A stretch of DNA of 64,000 nucleotides from Pseudomonadota bacterium (GCA_021794525.1 JAJYQP010000076.1:4901-68900), one strand, 5' to 3'; shown: positions 18,350 to 28,295, numbered from the stretch's first letter. Program-made: numbers and translations. The notes: generated from the letters alone by a model not told the origin.

Positions 18350-18613
18350 ATGCCTTCTCACGAAGTCACCATCTTCACCAAGTTCGGTTGCCCCTATTGC
18401 CACCGCGCCAAGGCGCTGCTCGACAGGAAGGGTGTCAGCTATACCGAGCATGACGTGACAATGGGCGGCAAGGAGCGGGAAGAGATGATGCGCCGCGCCC
18501 CGACGGCGCGTACCGTTCCGCAGATCTTCGTCGGCGAGGTCCATGTCGGCGGATCGGACGAGCTCGCCGCGCTCGAGCGACGCGGCGCGCTCGACGCGCT
18601 CCTGGCGGGTTGA
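18350..18613 (+). CDS. grxC: glutaredoxin 3
   Basis: MPSHEVTIFTKFGCPYCHRAKALLDRKGVSY...TVPQIFVGEVHVGGSDE has a CPYC active site. ATG at 18350 follows AAGGA. Confidence 0.92.
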   Translation: MPSHEVTIFTKFGCPYCHRAKALLDRKGVSYTEHDVTMGGKEREEMMRRAPTARTVPQIFVGEVHVGGSDELAALERRGALDALLAG

Positions 18614-19431
18614 TGCCGAAGGTCGCGGTCCTGCAGATGACGGCCGGCATCGACCCGGGGCGCAATGCCGGGACGATCGCGGAGGCAGCGGCGCAGGCGG
18701 CAAGCGAGGGCGCTGCGATGCTGTTCACGCCCGAAATGAGCGGCTTTCTCGACCGGGACCGGGCGCGCGGGGCGCAGACGATCCGGCACGAGGAGGGCGA
18801 TCCGGTGCTGGCCGCTGCAAAGGCCGCCGCGCAGGACGCGAAGCTGTGGATCGCGCTTGGCTCGCTGGCGATCGACCGCGGCGATGGGCGCTGGGCGAAC
18901 CGCTCCTTCCTGATCGCGCCCGACGGCGGCGTGCGGGCCCGCTACGACAAGATGCACATGTTCGACGTCGATCTGGCGAGCGGCGAGAGCTGGCGCGAAT
19001 CCAGCGCCTATCGAGCCGGGGAGGAAGTGGTGTCGGTGCCCGACACGCCGGTCGGCACGCTCGGCCTTTCGATCTGCTACGATTTGCGCTTTCCCGCTTT
19101 GTTCGAGGCGCTTGGGCGGCGAAGCTGCGACGTGATCGCGATCCCGGCTTCCTTCACCGTGCCCACCGGCAAGGCGCACTGGCACGTCCTCCAGCGCGCC
19201 CGCGCGATCGAGGCGAGCGCTTTCGTCGTGGCCGCAGCGCAGGTCGGCGAGCACGAGGACGGGAGGCGGACCTATGGCCACAGCCTGGTGGTCGATCCTT
19301 GGGGCGAGGTGCTGCTCGACATGGGCGGCGAGGCGCCGGGGTTGGGCTTTGCCGAGATCGACCTAGCCCGCATCGCCGAGGTGCGCGCGCAGGTGCCGAG
19401 CCTTGCCAATCGCCGCGAAATCGCCAGTTAG
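18613..19431 (+). CDS. carbon-nitrogen hydrolase (nitrilase superfamily, Nit-like)
   Basis: MPKVAVLQM...FTPE...YDKMHMFDV...LSICYDLRFP shows the Glu-Lys-Cys triad context. The ATG overlaps the grxC stop (TGATG). Confidence 0.85.
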   Translation: MPKVAVLQMTAGIDPGRNAGTIAEAAAQAASEGAAMLFTPEMSGFLDRDRARGAQTIRHEEGDPVLAAAKAAAQDAKLWIALGSLAIDRGDGRWANRSFLIAPDGGVRARYDKMHMFDVDLASGESWRESSAYRAGEEVVSVPDTPVGTLGLSICYDLRFPALFEALGRRSCDVIAIPASFTVPTGKAHWHVLQRARAIEASAFVVAAAQVGEHEDGRRTYGHSLVVDPWGEVLLDMGGEAPGLGFAEIDLARIAEVRAQVPSLANRREIAS

Positions 19432-19438
19432 GCTCTCG

Positions 19439-19891
19439 ATGATCGTCTTCGACCTCTCCTGCGACAACGCTCACACCTTCGAAGGCTGGTTCGGTTCGTC
19501 CAATGACTTTGCCAGCCAGCAGGCGTGCGGGCTGGTAACCTGTCCGGTGTGCGGGAGCGCTGCCGTCACCAAGGCTCCGATGGCCGCCGCCGTTCCGGCC
19601 AAGGGCAATCGCAGCGCAGAAACGAAGCAGGCTGTCGCTGGCGGCGCGATGCCGCCCGCGGTCGCCGAAGCCTTCAAGGCGCTTGCTGCCGCGCAGGCCA
19701 AGGCCCTGGCGAACAGCGAATGGGTCGGCGACCGCTTCGCTGCCGAGGTGCGCTCGATGCATTATGGCGAGACCGAGGAAAAACTCGTGCACGGCCGCGC
19801 ATCTAGGAAAGACGCGGCGGAACTGGTTGAGGAGGGCATCGCCGTCGCCCCGCTACTGGTGCCGGTGCATCCGCCCGAGGAATTGAACTGA
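19439..19891 (+). CDS. DUF1178 family protein
   Basis: MIVFDLSCDNAHTFEGWFGSSNDFASQQACGLVTCPVCGS is a typical DUF1178 N-terminus. Confidence 0.8.
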   Translation: MIVFDLSCDNAHTFEGWFGSSNDFASQQACGLVTCPVCGSAAVTKAPMAAAVPAKGNRSAETKQAVAGGAMPPAVAEAFKALAAAQAKALANSEWVGDRFAAEVRSMHYGETEEKLVHGRASRKDAAELVEEGIAVAPLLVPVHPPEELN

Positions 19892-19904
19892 CACCGGAAA
19901 AGCC

Positions 19905-19923
19905 TGGTGCGCCCGACAGGATT
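19905..19923. repeat. 19-bp direct duplicate of the tRNA-Arg 3' end (att-like)
   Basis: TGGTGCGCCCGACAGGATT at 19905-19923 is identical to 20028-20046, the 3' end of the tRNA on the minus strand. Confidence 0.9.
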
Positions 19924-20001
19924 GGCGGCTGCGCCGTCTTCGCCGCGGTGTGGCTTCGACTCCGAACCGAGGTCCGAACCTGAGGCGCCACACCAAAGAG
20001 A

Positions 20002-20028
20002 CCACCCCCGGGCGGGATGGCCTTTTTT
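20002..20028 (+). terminator. rho-independent terminator for the grxC-nit-DUF1178 unit
   Basis: CCACCC-CCGGGC-GGGATGG is a stem with one mismatch, followed by CCTTTTTT. It abuts the tRNA 3' end. Confidence 0.55.
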
Positions 20029-20104
20029 GGTGCGCCCGACAGGATTCGAACCTGTGGCCCCCAGATTAGGAATCTGGTGCTCTATCCTGCTGAGCTACGG
20101 GCGC
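20028..20104 (-). tRNA. tRNA-Arg (anticodon CCT)
   Basis: The minus strand folds as GCGCCCG-TA-GCTC-AGCAGGATA-GAGC-A-CCAGA-TTCCTAA-TCTGG-GGGCC-ACAGG-TTCGAAT-CCTGT-CGGGCGC-A-CCA. This is a full cloverleaf with an encoded CCA. Confidence 0.93.
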
Positions 20105-20143
20105 GCCGGACGGTCTGTTAGCTGGCGCGCCGGAGGCTGACAA

Positions 20144-20731
20144 CTAGCCGGCTTTCGCCTTCGCGTGTTCCTCGCGGGCCAGCGCGTGGAGCCAGTCGGC
20201 GTGCTTGGGCGCCTTCTTGGTCTGCGACCATTCCTCCAGCATCAGCGGGGCGACGCGCTTCAGCTCGGCATATTGCTCTTCGGTTCCGATATCGGCGGCG
20301 AGTTCGACGCGGTGGCCGTTGGGGTCGAAGAAGTAGATCGACTTGAAGATGCCGTGATGGGTCGGGCCGAGGACGTCGATGCCGAGCCCTTCGATATGCG
20401 CCTTGGCGGCGAGCAGATCCTCCTCGGACGCCACGCGGAAGGCGAGGTGCTGAACCCAGGCCGGGGTGTTCTCGTCGCGGCCCATGTTCTTCTGGTTGGG
20501 CAGTTCGAAGAAGGCGAGGACATTGCCGTTTCCCGCATCGAGGAAGACGTGCATGTAGGGATCGTATTCGCCGGTCGAGGGAACATGATCCTCGGCAAAG
20601 GCGGTGGTGTAATCCATGCCGAGCACGCGGCCATACCACTCCACCGTCTCCTTCGCGTCCTTGCAGCGATAGGCGGTGTGGTGAATGCCGCCGAGTTTTA
20701 CGGGATGCTTGACGGGTGAGGTCGCGCTCAT
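20144..20731 (-). CDS. VOC (glyoxalase/bleomycin resistance/dioxygenase) family protein
   Basis: 195 aa containing [12 protein letters not shown]...HLAFRV...[11 protein letters not shown]. It overlaps the hppD stop by 4 nt. Confidence 0.8.
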   Translation of the reverse strand: MSATSPVKHPVKLGGIHHTAYRCKDAKETVEWYGRVLGMDYTTAFAEDHVPSTGEYDPYMHVFLDAGNGNVLAFFELPNQKNMGRDENTPAWVQHLAFRVASEEDLLAAKAHIEGLGIDVLGPTHHGIFKSIYFFDPNGHRVELAADIGTEEQYAELKRVAPLMLEEWSQTKKAPKHADWLHALAREEHAKAKAG

Positions 20732-21825
20732 GCCGGCTCCTCCACCTTCAACGCGCCGCGCTTGATCTGGTCGCGCTCCATGCTTTCGAACAGGGCCTTG
20801 AAATTGCCCTCGCCGAAGCCTTCGTCGCCCTTGCGCTGGATGAATTCGAAGAACACCGGGCCGACCTGCGCCTCGGCGAAGATCTGGAGGAGCAGGCGCG
20901 GCTGGCCGCCTTCGGTGGTGCCGTCGAGGAGGATGCCGCGGGTCTTGAGCGCGCCCTCGTCCTCGCCGTGGCCGGGCAGGCGCTCTGACAGCATCTCGTA
21001 ATAGGTCGCGGGCGGGGCGGTCATGAAGGGCACGCCCAGTGCCTTCAGCCGGTCCCAGGCGGCGACGAGATCGTCGCAGATCAGCGCGATGTGCTGGATG
21101 CCCTCGCCGTTGAACTGCTTCAGGAACTCCTCGATCTGACCCTTGCCGCCTTCGCCTTCCTCGTTGAGCGGGATGCGAATCTTGCCATCCGGCGCGGTCA
21201 GCGCCTTGGAGGTGAGGCCCGTATATTCGCCCTTGATGTCGAAGAAGCGGATCTCTCGGAAGTTGAAGAGCGTCTCGTAATAATCCGCCCAGTACTTCAT
21301 GCGACCGTTGTAAACGTTGTGCGTCAGGTGATCGATCACGTTGAAACCGGCGCCCACGGGGTGCTTCTCGACCCCCGGGAGATACTCGAAGTCGATGTCG
21401 TAGATCGACAGACCTTCGCCGGCCTCGTCGGCATAGCGATCGACGAGATAGACGATCGCGCCGCCTATGCCGCGGATCGCTGGGATGTGCAGCTCCATCG
21501 GGCCGGTCTGCACCGCCACCGGCTCCGCGCCGCGGGCCAGCAGCTCGTCATAGGCCAGCCTTGCATCGCGCACGCGGAACGCCATGCCGCAGGCCGACGG
21601 GCCATGCTCGCGGGCGAAGAACCAGGCGGCGCTTTTCGGCTCGTAGTTGAGGATCAGGTTGATCTGGCCCTGCCGCCACAGCTGCACGTCCTTGCTGCGA
21701 TGGCTGGCGACATGGGTGAAACCCATGGTCTTGAACACCGGCTCGATCACGCCCTTTTCGGGCGCGCAGAACTCGACGAACTCGAACCCGTCGAGGCCGA
21801 TGGGATTTTCGAACAGGTCGGGCAT
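20728..21825 (-). CDS. hppD: 4-hydroxyphenylpyruvate dioxygenase
   Basis: [19 protein letters not shown]...[11 protein letters not shown]...[26 protein letters not shown] is the canonical HppD C-terminus. ATG at 21825 was chosen over the longer track ORF. Confidence 0.93.
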   Translation of the reverse strand: MPDLFENPIGLDGFEFVEFCAPEKGVIEPVFKTMGFTHVASHRSKDVQLWRQGQINLILNYEPKSAAWFFAREHGPSACGMAFRVRDARLAYDELLARGAEPVAVQTGPMELHIPAIRGIGGAIVYLVDRYADEAGEGLSIYDIDFEYLPGVEKHPVGAGFNVIDHLTHNVYNGRMKYWADYYETLFNFREIRFFDIKGEYTGLTSKALTAPDGKIRIPLNEEGEGGKGQIEEFLKQFNGEGIQHIALICDDLVAAWDRLKALGVPFMTAPPATYYEMLSERLPGHGEDEGALKTRGILLDGTTEGGQPRLLLQIFAEAQVGPVFFEFIQRKGDEGFGEGNFKALFESMERDQIKRGALKVEEPA

Positions 21826-21843
21826 GGCATTCTCTCGCAGAAT

Positions 21844-21861
21844 TAGTTTCAATGGAAACTA
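21844..21861. promoter_or_regulatory. perfect 7-bp inverted repeat upstream of hppD (candidate operator)
   Basis: TAGTTTC-aatg-GAAACTA lies 19-36 bp upstream of the hppD ATG in the AT-rich hppD/ftsB divergent spacer. Confidence 0.4.
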
Positions 21862-21988
21862 TTTACGTCACTGGCCGACTTTCGTCAAGGACTACGGGCG
21901 ACGATCCGGTGTTCGTCGAGGTGCCTTGCATATCAAATTTTGTCCGGCGCTCTTGCCACCGGACTCGAAGTATGATTCTTGAGCGAAC

Positions 21989-22309
21989 ATGGCACGCAAA
22001 CGTTCCCTCTCCCGTCGCCTCAAGCTGCCCGCGCGGCGGAGCGAGGGATTTGCGCTGGGCGCGCTGCTGGTGATGGCGGGTCTCGCGATCGCCGGACCCT
22101 CGGGCATCTTCGCCTGGAGCGAGAACCTGCGGCTGCGCGACGCGCGCCAGACGCGGCTCGCCAATCTGAAGGTGGAGCGCGACCGGCTCAAGAACCGCGT
22201 GGACCTGCTCGATCCCGCGCACGCCGACCCCGATCTCGCGGGCGAGCTGGTGCGAAGCCAGATGGGCGTCGTTCACCCCGACGAGGTGGTTGTTAAGGTC
22301 GAGGATTAG
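21989..22309 (+). CDS. ftsB: septum formation initiator family protein (FtsB/DivIC-like)
   Basis: 106 aa with one TM segment (FALGALLVMAGLAIAG) followed by a coiled coil. It lies directly upstream of pdhA, as is common in alphaproteobacteria. Confidence 0.8.
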   Translation: MARKRSLSRRLKLPARRSEGFALGALLVMAGLAIAGPSGIFAWSENLRLRDARQTRLANLKVERDRLKNRVDLLDPAHADPDLAGELVRSQMGVVHPDEVVVKVED

Positions 22310-22421
22310 CCTCCCGATTCCGTAACGTTTTCGTATGCGTGGGGCGCGGCGTTGCATGGCCGCCGCGCTTGTGCCTATAGGCGCGAAACAGCCGCATCGG
22401 CGGCCCCGGAAGGATGCAGAC

Positions 22422-23489
22422 TTGGCCAAAGCCCCCCGCAGCAAGAAGACCGTCCCGACAGACGCGGGCGATTTCGTCCTCCACAGCCTGCAGGAAGCGC
22501 ACGAACAGCAGCGCCGTTTCGAGGCCACTACCGACCAGATGCTGCATTTCTACGAGCAGATGCTGCTCATTCGCCGCTTCGAGGAGCGTGCGGGACAGCT
22601 CTACGGCCTCGGCCTTATCGGGGGCTTCTGCCACCTCTACATCGGCCAGGAAGCGGTGGCGGTGGGTCTCCAGTCGGCGCTCAAGGAAGGTCTCGACAGC
22701 GTCATCACCGGCTATCGCGACCACGGCCACATGCTCGCCTACGGCATCGATCCCAAGGTCATCATGGCGGAGCTGACCGGGCGCCAGGCGGGCATTTCGA
22801 AAGGCAAGGGCGGGTCGATGCACATGTTCTCGACCGAGCATAAATTCTACGGCGGGCACGGTATCGTGGGCGCACAGGTGGCGCTGGGCGGCGGCCTCGC
22901 GCTCGCGCACCAGTACAAGGGCGACGGCGGCCTCTGCCTCGCCTATTTCGGCGACGGCGCAGCCAACCAGGGCCAGGTCTATGAGACCTTCAACATGGCG
23001 TCCCTGTGGAAGCTGCCGATCGTCTTCGTGATCGAGAACAACCAGTACGCGATGGGCACCGCGGTCAGCCGCTCGAGCGCCGAGACCGAATTCTATCGCC
23101 GCGGCACCGCCTTCCGGATTCCCGGCATGGACGTGAACGGCATGGACGTGCTCGAAGTGCGCCAGGCGGCGGAGATCGCCTTCAAGCACGTACGCGAGGG
23201 CAACGGCCCGGTGCTGATGGAGCTCAACACCTATCGTTATCGCGGCCACTCCATGTCCGACCCGGCGAAATACCGCACGCGCGAGGAAGTGCAGGACGTG
23301 CGCGAGCATAAGGATCCGATCGAGGGGCTGAAGAAGACCCTGCTCGACGCAGGCAAGACCGAGGACGAATTGAAGGACATCGACAGGCGCATCCGCGCCG
23401 CCGTCTCCGAAGCGGCCGACTTCGCCGAAAACTCGCCCGAGCCGGAGCTGTCCGAGCTCTACACCGACGTCCTGGTGGAGAGCTACTGA
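22422..23489 (+). CDS. pdhA: pyruvate dehydrogenase E1 alpha subunit
   Basis: Contains [33 protein letters not shown] and [12 protein letters not shown] prefer TTG at 22422 (AAGGA 7 nt upstream) over GTG 22335, but the start is uncertain. Confidence 0.9.
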   Translation: MAKAPRSKKTVPTDAGDFVLHSLQEAHEQQRRFEATTDQMLHFYEQMLLIRRFEERAGQLYGLGLIGGFCHLYIGQEAVAVGLQSALKEGLDSVITGYRDHGHMLAYGIDPKVIMAELTGRQAGISKGKGGSMHMFSTEHKFYGGHGIVGAQVALGGGLALAHQYKGDGGLCLAYFGDGAANQGQVYETFNMASLWKLPIVFVIENNQYAMGTAVSRSSAETEFYRRGTAFRIPGMDVNGMDVLEVRQAAEIAFKHVREGNGPVLMELNTYRYRGHSMSDPAKYRTREEVQDVREHKDPIEGLKKTLLDAGKTEDELKDIDRRIRAAVSEAADFAENSPEPELSELYTDVLVESY

Positions 23490-24847
23490 TGGCCATCGAA
23501 CTCAAGATGCCCGCGCTCAGCCCCACCATGGAGGAGGGTACGCTCGCCAGGTGGCTCAAGAAGGAAGGCGATGAGATCGTTGCCGGGGACATCATCGCCG
23601 AGATCGAGACCGACAAGGCGACGATGGAGTTCGAGGCGGTGGACGAGGGCACGCTCGGTGCCATCCTGGTGCCCGAAGGGACCGAGAACGTGAAGGTCGG
23701 CACCGTCATCGCCACCATGGCGGGCGAGGGCGGGGAGCCGGCATCTGCGCCCGCCACTTCTCCCGTGGCCGCTGCGCCGGAGCCGAACGCAGAGCCTGTC
23801 CGTGCCGAGCCTGCCAAAGCCACGAGCACGACCGGCGATCCCGAAATTCCGGCTGGCACCGCGATGAAGACCGTTACCGTGCGCGAGGCCCTGCGCGATG
23901 CGATGGCGGAGGAAATGCGCGCCGACGAGCGCGTTTTCGTGATGGGCGAGGAGGTCGCGCAATACCAGGGCGCCTACAAGGTGACGCAGGGCCTTCTCGA
24001 CGAGTTCGGCCCCAAGCGCGTGATCGACACGCCGATCACCGAATATGGATTTTCCGGCATCGGCACGGGTGCCGCGATGGGCGGCCTGAAGCCCATCGTC
24101 GAGTTCATGACCTTCAACTTCGCCATGCAGGCGATCGACCACATCATCAACTCGGCGGCCAAGACGAACTACATGTCCGGCGGCCAGATGCGCTGTCCCG
24201 TGGTATTCCGGGGACCCAACGGCGCCGCCAGCCGCGTCGGCGCCCAGCACAGCCAGAACTATGGCCCGTGGTATGCCAGCGTCCCGGGCCTGATCGTCAT
24301 CGCGCCTTATGATGCCGCCGACTGCAAGGGGCTGCTACGCGCCGCGATCCGCAGCGAGGACCCGGTGGTCTTCCTCGAGAACGAGCTGGTTTATGGCCGC
24401 AGCTTCGAGGTGCCGGACGTGGACGAATGGGTGCTCCCGATCGGCAAGGCCCGGATCATGCGCGAAGGCGCTGATGTCACCATCGTTGCCTATTCGATCG
24501 CGGTCGGCCTGGCGCTGGAAGCCGCCGAACAACTGGCCGCCGAGGGGATCGAGGCGGAGGTCATCGACCTGCGCACGCTCCGCCCGCTCGACACCGAGGC
24601 GATCCTGACGTCGCTGACCAAGACCAATCGCCTCATTATCGCGGAGGAAGGCTGGCCGACCTGCTCGATCGCGTCCGAAGTGATGGCGGTCTGCATGGAG
24701 GAAGGCTTCGACCACCTCGATGCGCCGGTGCTGCGCGTGACTGACGAGGACGTGCCGCTGCCCTATGCTGCCAATCTCGAGAAGGCGGCGCTGCTCGACA
24801 GCGCGCGCATCGTGGCAGCGGCGAAGAAGGTCTGTTACCGGAACTGA
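23489..24847 (+). CDS. pdhB: pyruvate dehydrogenase E1 beta subunit with N-terminal lipoyl domain
   Basis: The N-terminal biotin/lipoyl domain reads [38 protein letters not shown]. An Ala/Pro linker follows, then the transketolase-like E1 beta body. The ATG overlaps the pdhA stop. Confidence 0.95.
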   Translation: MAIELKMPALSPTMEEGTLARWLKKEGDEIVAGDIIAEIETDKATMEFEAVDEGTLGAILVPEGTENVKVGTVIATMAGEGGEPASAPATSPVAAAPEPNAEPVRAEPAKATSTTGDPEIPAGTAMKTVTVREALRDAMAEEMRADERVFVMGEEVAQYQGAYKVTQGLLDEFGPKRVIDTPITEYGFSGIGTGAAMGGLKPIVEFMTFNFAMQAIDHIINSAAKTNYMSGGQMRCPVVFRGPNGAASRVGAQHSQNYGPWYASVPGLIVIAPYDAADCKGLLRAAIRSEDPVVFLENELVYGRSFEVPDVDEWVLPIGKARIMREGADVTIVAYSIAVGLALEAAEQLAAEGIEAEVIDLRTLRPLDTEAILTSLTKTNRLIIAEEGWPTCSIASEVMAVCMEEGFDHLDAPVLRVTDEDVPLPYAANLEKAALLDSARIVAAAKKVCYRN

Positions 24848-24865
24848 GCGGCGTGCGTCCGCTCA
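24845..24865. terminator. hairpin whose arms contain the convergent pdhB and tadE-like stop codons
   Basis: TGAGCGG-cgtgcgt-CCGCTCA. There is no U-tract, so its function is uncertain. Confidence 0.25.
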
Positions 24866-25570
24866 GGTGAAGGTGTCGGTGTACTGGTTACAGTCCGCCA
24901 CGGGCGAGGTTGGGCTCGGATTGTAGATCTGGCTGAGATCGCGGTCGTCACGGACGTAGAAGGCGGCCTCGCGCCGGATCTGGAAATCGCCCAGTGCCCA
25001 TGATCCGACCAGCGGAGCATAGTTGTAGGTCACTTCCGCGAAGATGATCGCGCTAGCGTCCGCTGCCTGCACCTTGTTGGCACCCGCGCCCATGCCGGTG
25101 AATCCGGGCGTGACGCCTTCTTCGGCTCCCTGCGCGCCGTAGGCAGAGGCGACGGTGAGCTTCCCCTTGCACCGCTGCCAGAAGATCTTCTGCTTGCCCG
25201 TCGCGCCGCTCGCAGTCTTCTGGAGGCTGGAGACGACAATGCGCCCGTTCGTTAGAACCTTGAGGTTATCGCCGCCCTGGATCTTCGCACCTAGCAGCGC
25301 GTCGTTCACATCGACCTCGCGCAACTGCGGCAGGCCCAGCGGCACCGACTGCTTCGCGCGCGAGAGGTTGTCGGCGACCGTCATCGCGATCTGGCTGACG
25401 CGCATATTCGCAATCGCAAGGTTCGCGAGCTCGATCGAGGTGAATGCCAGCAGCATCAGGATCGGCAGCGAATAGGCAAATTCGACCAGCACGACCGCGT
25501 CGTTGTTGCGTCGCAGGGCGCGCAGGGGCTGGCGGCGGCCGCTCGGGGCCGAAATGGTCAGGTCGGGCAT
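24863..25570 (-). CDS. TadE/TadF-like Flp-pilus pseudopilin family protein
   Basis: The N-terminus RRNNDAVVLVEFAYSLPILMLL is a TadE-like hydrophobic segment with the conserved EF. The gene overlaps the upstream gene by 13 nt. Confidence 0.75.
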   Translation of the reverse strand: MPDLTISAPSGRRQPLRALRRNNDAVVLVEFAYSLPILMLLAFTSIELANLAIANMRVSQIAMTVADNLSRAKQSVPLGLPQLREVDVNDALLGAKIQGGDNLKVLTNGRIVVSSLQKTASGATGKQKIFWQRCKGKLTVASAYGAQGAEEGVTPGFTGMGAGANKVQAADASAIIFAEVTYNYAPLVGSWALGDFQIRREAAFYVRDDRDLSQIYNPSPTSPVADCNQYTDTFT

Positions 25571-26202
25571 ATTTTCACCCCCACTCGGCTGGCTTGTGCG
25601 GAGAACGGCTGGTTTCGCAGGAACGTGGTCGCCGTCAGCGTCGTCTGGTCGGGCTGGCCGACGAGGCTCCAGAACGGGAACACGCGCTTGTAGGTGATCG
25701 AGGCCTTGATCGAGACCACGTCCTGCGCGCCGCCGCGGCCCGCCACGCCCACGTCCTGGTCCCAGGCACCGTTACCGTTCCGGTCCACGAAGCATTCGGT
25801 CGCGGCGTCATAGCTGCCATTGCCGTTGCTGTCGGTGAAGTCTTCCGGCAGACCGATATCGTTGTAGTTCTGGTAATACGTCGGATCGAGCGTGAAGCTG
25901 ATGACCGTGTTCGGATCGCTCGAGGGCACGACATTGCGCACCTTCTGGTTCACCTTGCTTTCGATATCGGTCCAGAGCGTGTTCTCGAGGGAGGCCTGGC
26001 GCGCGCCCTCCTGCACCGCTCCAGACAGCGCGGACTGGATATAGAGCGCATAGCCTTGATCGAAGATGCCCATCAGCAGCAGGCAGAAGATCGGGGCGAC
26101 GAAGCCGAACTCCGTGATCGCGATTCCGGCCTCGTTCCGGCGGAGCCGACTGATGAGGGCCCGACGCGCGCGGCGCGGCATGATAACCACCGTGCCGCTC
26201 AC
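25558..26202 (-). CDS. TadE-like Flp-pilus pseudopilin family protein
   Basis: RRNEAGIAITEFGFVAPIFCLLLMG shows the G/xxxxEF prepilin-type motif with E at +5. GTG 26202 overlaps the tadG-like stop (GTGA). ATG 26181 is an alternative start. Confidence 0.75.
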   Translation of the reverse strand: MSGTVVIMPRRARRALISRLRRNEAGIAITEFGFVAPIFCLLLMGIFDQGYALYIQSALSGAVQEGARQASLENTLWTDIESKVNQKVRNVVPSSDPNTVISFTLDPTYYQNYNDIGLPEDFTDSNGNGSYDAATECFVDRNGNGAWDQDVGVAGRGGAQDVVSIKASITYKRVFPFWSLVGQPDQTTLTATTFLRNQPFSAQASRVGVKICPT

Positions 26203-28295
26203 TGGACCAGCCTCAGGTCGGCGATATCGCGCGCGATGGCGTTGAAAGCATTGTTGAGGTCGGATGCATTGTTAGCCTGGTAGGCGCGGCCCGGGTCGGC
26301 GCAGTTGGCCAGGTTGCCCGTCACGGTTGTTCCGAACGCAATCGCCCAGATCGCCACGGTGCCGCGGTGTGCGTCGCACAGCGCCTGGAAGCGGCGGGCG
26401 TGAAGCGTGGCGGCGGCGACGCCGGTATTCCCGGTGATCCGTCCCGACACCTTTTCAAGACCGTAGGAGGTGATCGAGTTGTCCGCGGACACTGGCTCAC
26501 CGTCGGTCAGGAAGATGATGTGACGGCTGATCTGTCCGCCGTTCGGGCCCACGAGGTTGCGGCTCGCGAACATGCCCTGCGGCGCGATGAAGCGCAGCCC
26601 CCACACCATGCCGATGTCAAGATAGGTGTAGCCACCGGGCTGAAGTGAATCGATGTAGCTGTTGAAATCCGTCTGATTGATGACATTCAAGTTCCGCATC
26701 CGGGCCGAGGGACAGGTGCCGCTCGCCGAACCGTAGGTCGTTGCCGTCGTGAGATTGGCCCGCTGGTTGCGGTTGTAGGTCAGATTGTCGACGATCGGAC
26801 GCCAACGATAGTCGTCGGACTGGCTGTAGCCGGACAGGAAGTTCAGATCGAGTGCGCCCGACGGGATCGGGGCGAAGTTGGTGACTGCCACTGTCTTGCG
26901 TTCCTCGATGCATCCGTCCCAGCTGAAGCTGGAGATGCCGAGGCCCGTTGTATTCGACATACTGGCGAGTTCGACGGGCGAGTAAGGACCGGGGCCAGGC
27001 GCGGTGAAATACTGGTTGACCGAAGTCGCGTAGCGGATACTGCTGCCCGATTTGTACCCGGTCACGTTGTATGTCACTGGCATATAGGTCCAGTTCTTGA
27101 ACTTGTACTGCGGCACGTTGCGTACGAACTTGGTCCAGATCACCTTACGGGTGCAGGCTCTGTATCGACTGGTCTTTGCGCCGTTGCCGTCTTCCCAGGT
27201 GTTTGATTTTCGTTCGAACGTGATTTCCCAGTAATAGCTACCGGTTGTCGGCTTGTCCGTCTGGGCGGCGGTGTTCCCGTCTGCAACGTAGAGGGTCGAA
27301 TAACCGACGCCCGCGCCTCCGGGCCACGACGTCTGCGGGTAAAGGAATACCTGCCTGTTGGAAGCGTCGTCGATCGAGAACGACAGGTTCTGCCCGTAGT
27401 TGCTGCAATCGTTGTTCGACATCTTCGTGTAGGCAGCGGTGTCGTCCTTGTATGGCTCGATCGTGTCGTTATCGCCGGCGTGATATGTCTGTTGCAACAC
27501 GACCGGCGAGGTATTCGGATCGTCGATCCAGTCTCCATTTCCGCCTGTCGTTTCGAAGTTGGCGACGCGCGACTCGACCACGGCGTTATCGACCAGCGCG
27601 GTTAGCGGCAGTTCGCCCTTGCTCGTATCCGGCGAGGCCTTGAACAGGTCCTTGCCATTGGTCGTCTGGCTGTAGGGAACGAAACCATAGCGAATCTGGC
27701 CCGCGTTCGCGCCATTGGCCTGCATCTGGGTTTGCAGCGTCGTGTAGAACTGCTTGGCCGCCGACTTCAGCGAATCGATCTTGGGGATGCCATTGATGTC
27801 ATCTGCCATCGACCCGGTGACATCGAGCACGAATACGATGTCGATGTTCGGAATCTGGATATCGGCACTACAGCTAACCGAGGCGGTCTGATTGCTGAAA
27901 CCGAAGATCCGCATCAGCGTCATCGGGATATTGGTCGAAGCGGTCGCGCTCAGCTTGCCATTGCCGTCCGCCGAGGCATTCTTGACCGTCCCGGTGGTCT
28001 GGAAATCCGAATCCTGGAAATTGAAGTTGAACATCGCGTTGAAGCGTTCTTGCGCGGTGGTGTCGTAGGTCGCCGTCTGCATGGCCTTGCGCCCGGCCAG
28101 GACCGCCGAGTCGCACGCGGATTGCAGGCGACTGCGCACGAGGTACATCCGGCTCGCGTCGATCGCGCCGCCGACCACGCCGATCATCGGGACGACCGCC
28201 GCCGCGGTCATCGCGAAGACGTTACCCGCGACATCGCCGCCCAAACGTGACAGGAAGCTCCTGCCTGTTCTGAAACCCCCACCAAGTCGTGCCAT
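26199..28295 (-). CDS. TadG-like pilus assembly protein with a von Willebrand A domain
   Basis: The N-terminus GGDVAGNVFAMTAAAVVPMIGVVGGAIDASRMYL is a TadG/Tad_N-type segment. It has the VWA MIDAS motif DIVFVLDVTGSM near residue 157 and IIFLTDGEP / IWAIAFG near residues 593-660. Confidence 0.8.
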   Translation of the reverse strand: MARLGGGFRTGRSFLSRLGGDVAGNVFAMTAAAVVPMIGVVGGAIDASRMYLVRSRLQSACDSAVLAGRKAMQTATYDTTAQERFNAMFNFNFQDSDFQTTGTVKNASADGNGKLSATASTNIPMTLMRIFGFSNQTASVSCSADIQIPNIDIVFVLDVTGSMADDINGIPKIDSLKSAAKQFYTTLQTQMQANGANAGQIRYGFVPYSQTTNGKDLFKASPDTSKGELPLTALVDNAVVESRVANFETTGGNGDWIDDPNTSPVVLQQTYHAGDNDTIEPYKDDTAAYTKMSNNDCSNYGQNLSFSIDDASNRQVFLYPQTSWPGGAGVGYSTLYVADGNTAAQTDKPTTGSYYWEITFERKSNTWEDGNGAKTSRYRACTRKVIWTKFVRNVPQYKFKNWTYMPVTYNVTGYKSGSSIRYATSVNQYFTAPGPGPYSPVELASMSNTTGLGISSFSWDGCIEERKTVAVTNFAPIPSGALDLNFLSGYSQSDDYRWRPIVDNLTYNRNQRANLTTATTYGSASGTCPSARMRNLNVINQTDFNSYIDSLQPGGYTYLDIGMVWGLRFIAPQGMFASRNLVGPNGGQISRHIIFLTDGEPVSADNSITSYGLEKVSGRITGNTGVAAATLHARRFQALCDAHRGTVAIWAIAFGTTVTGNLANCADPGRAYQANNASDLNNAFNAIARDIADLRLVQ

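Noticed and set aside
24863-28295. Calling the Tad-like block a complete Flp pilus system or a novel secretion system.
   Set aside because: Only minor-pilin-like and TadG-like genes are present. No pilin, prepilin peptidase, secretin, ATPase or platform genes occur within the 64 kb, so it cannot be called a self-contained system from this window.
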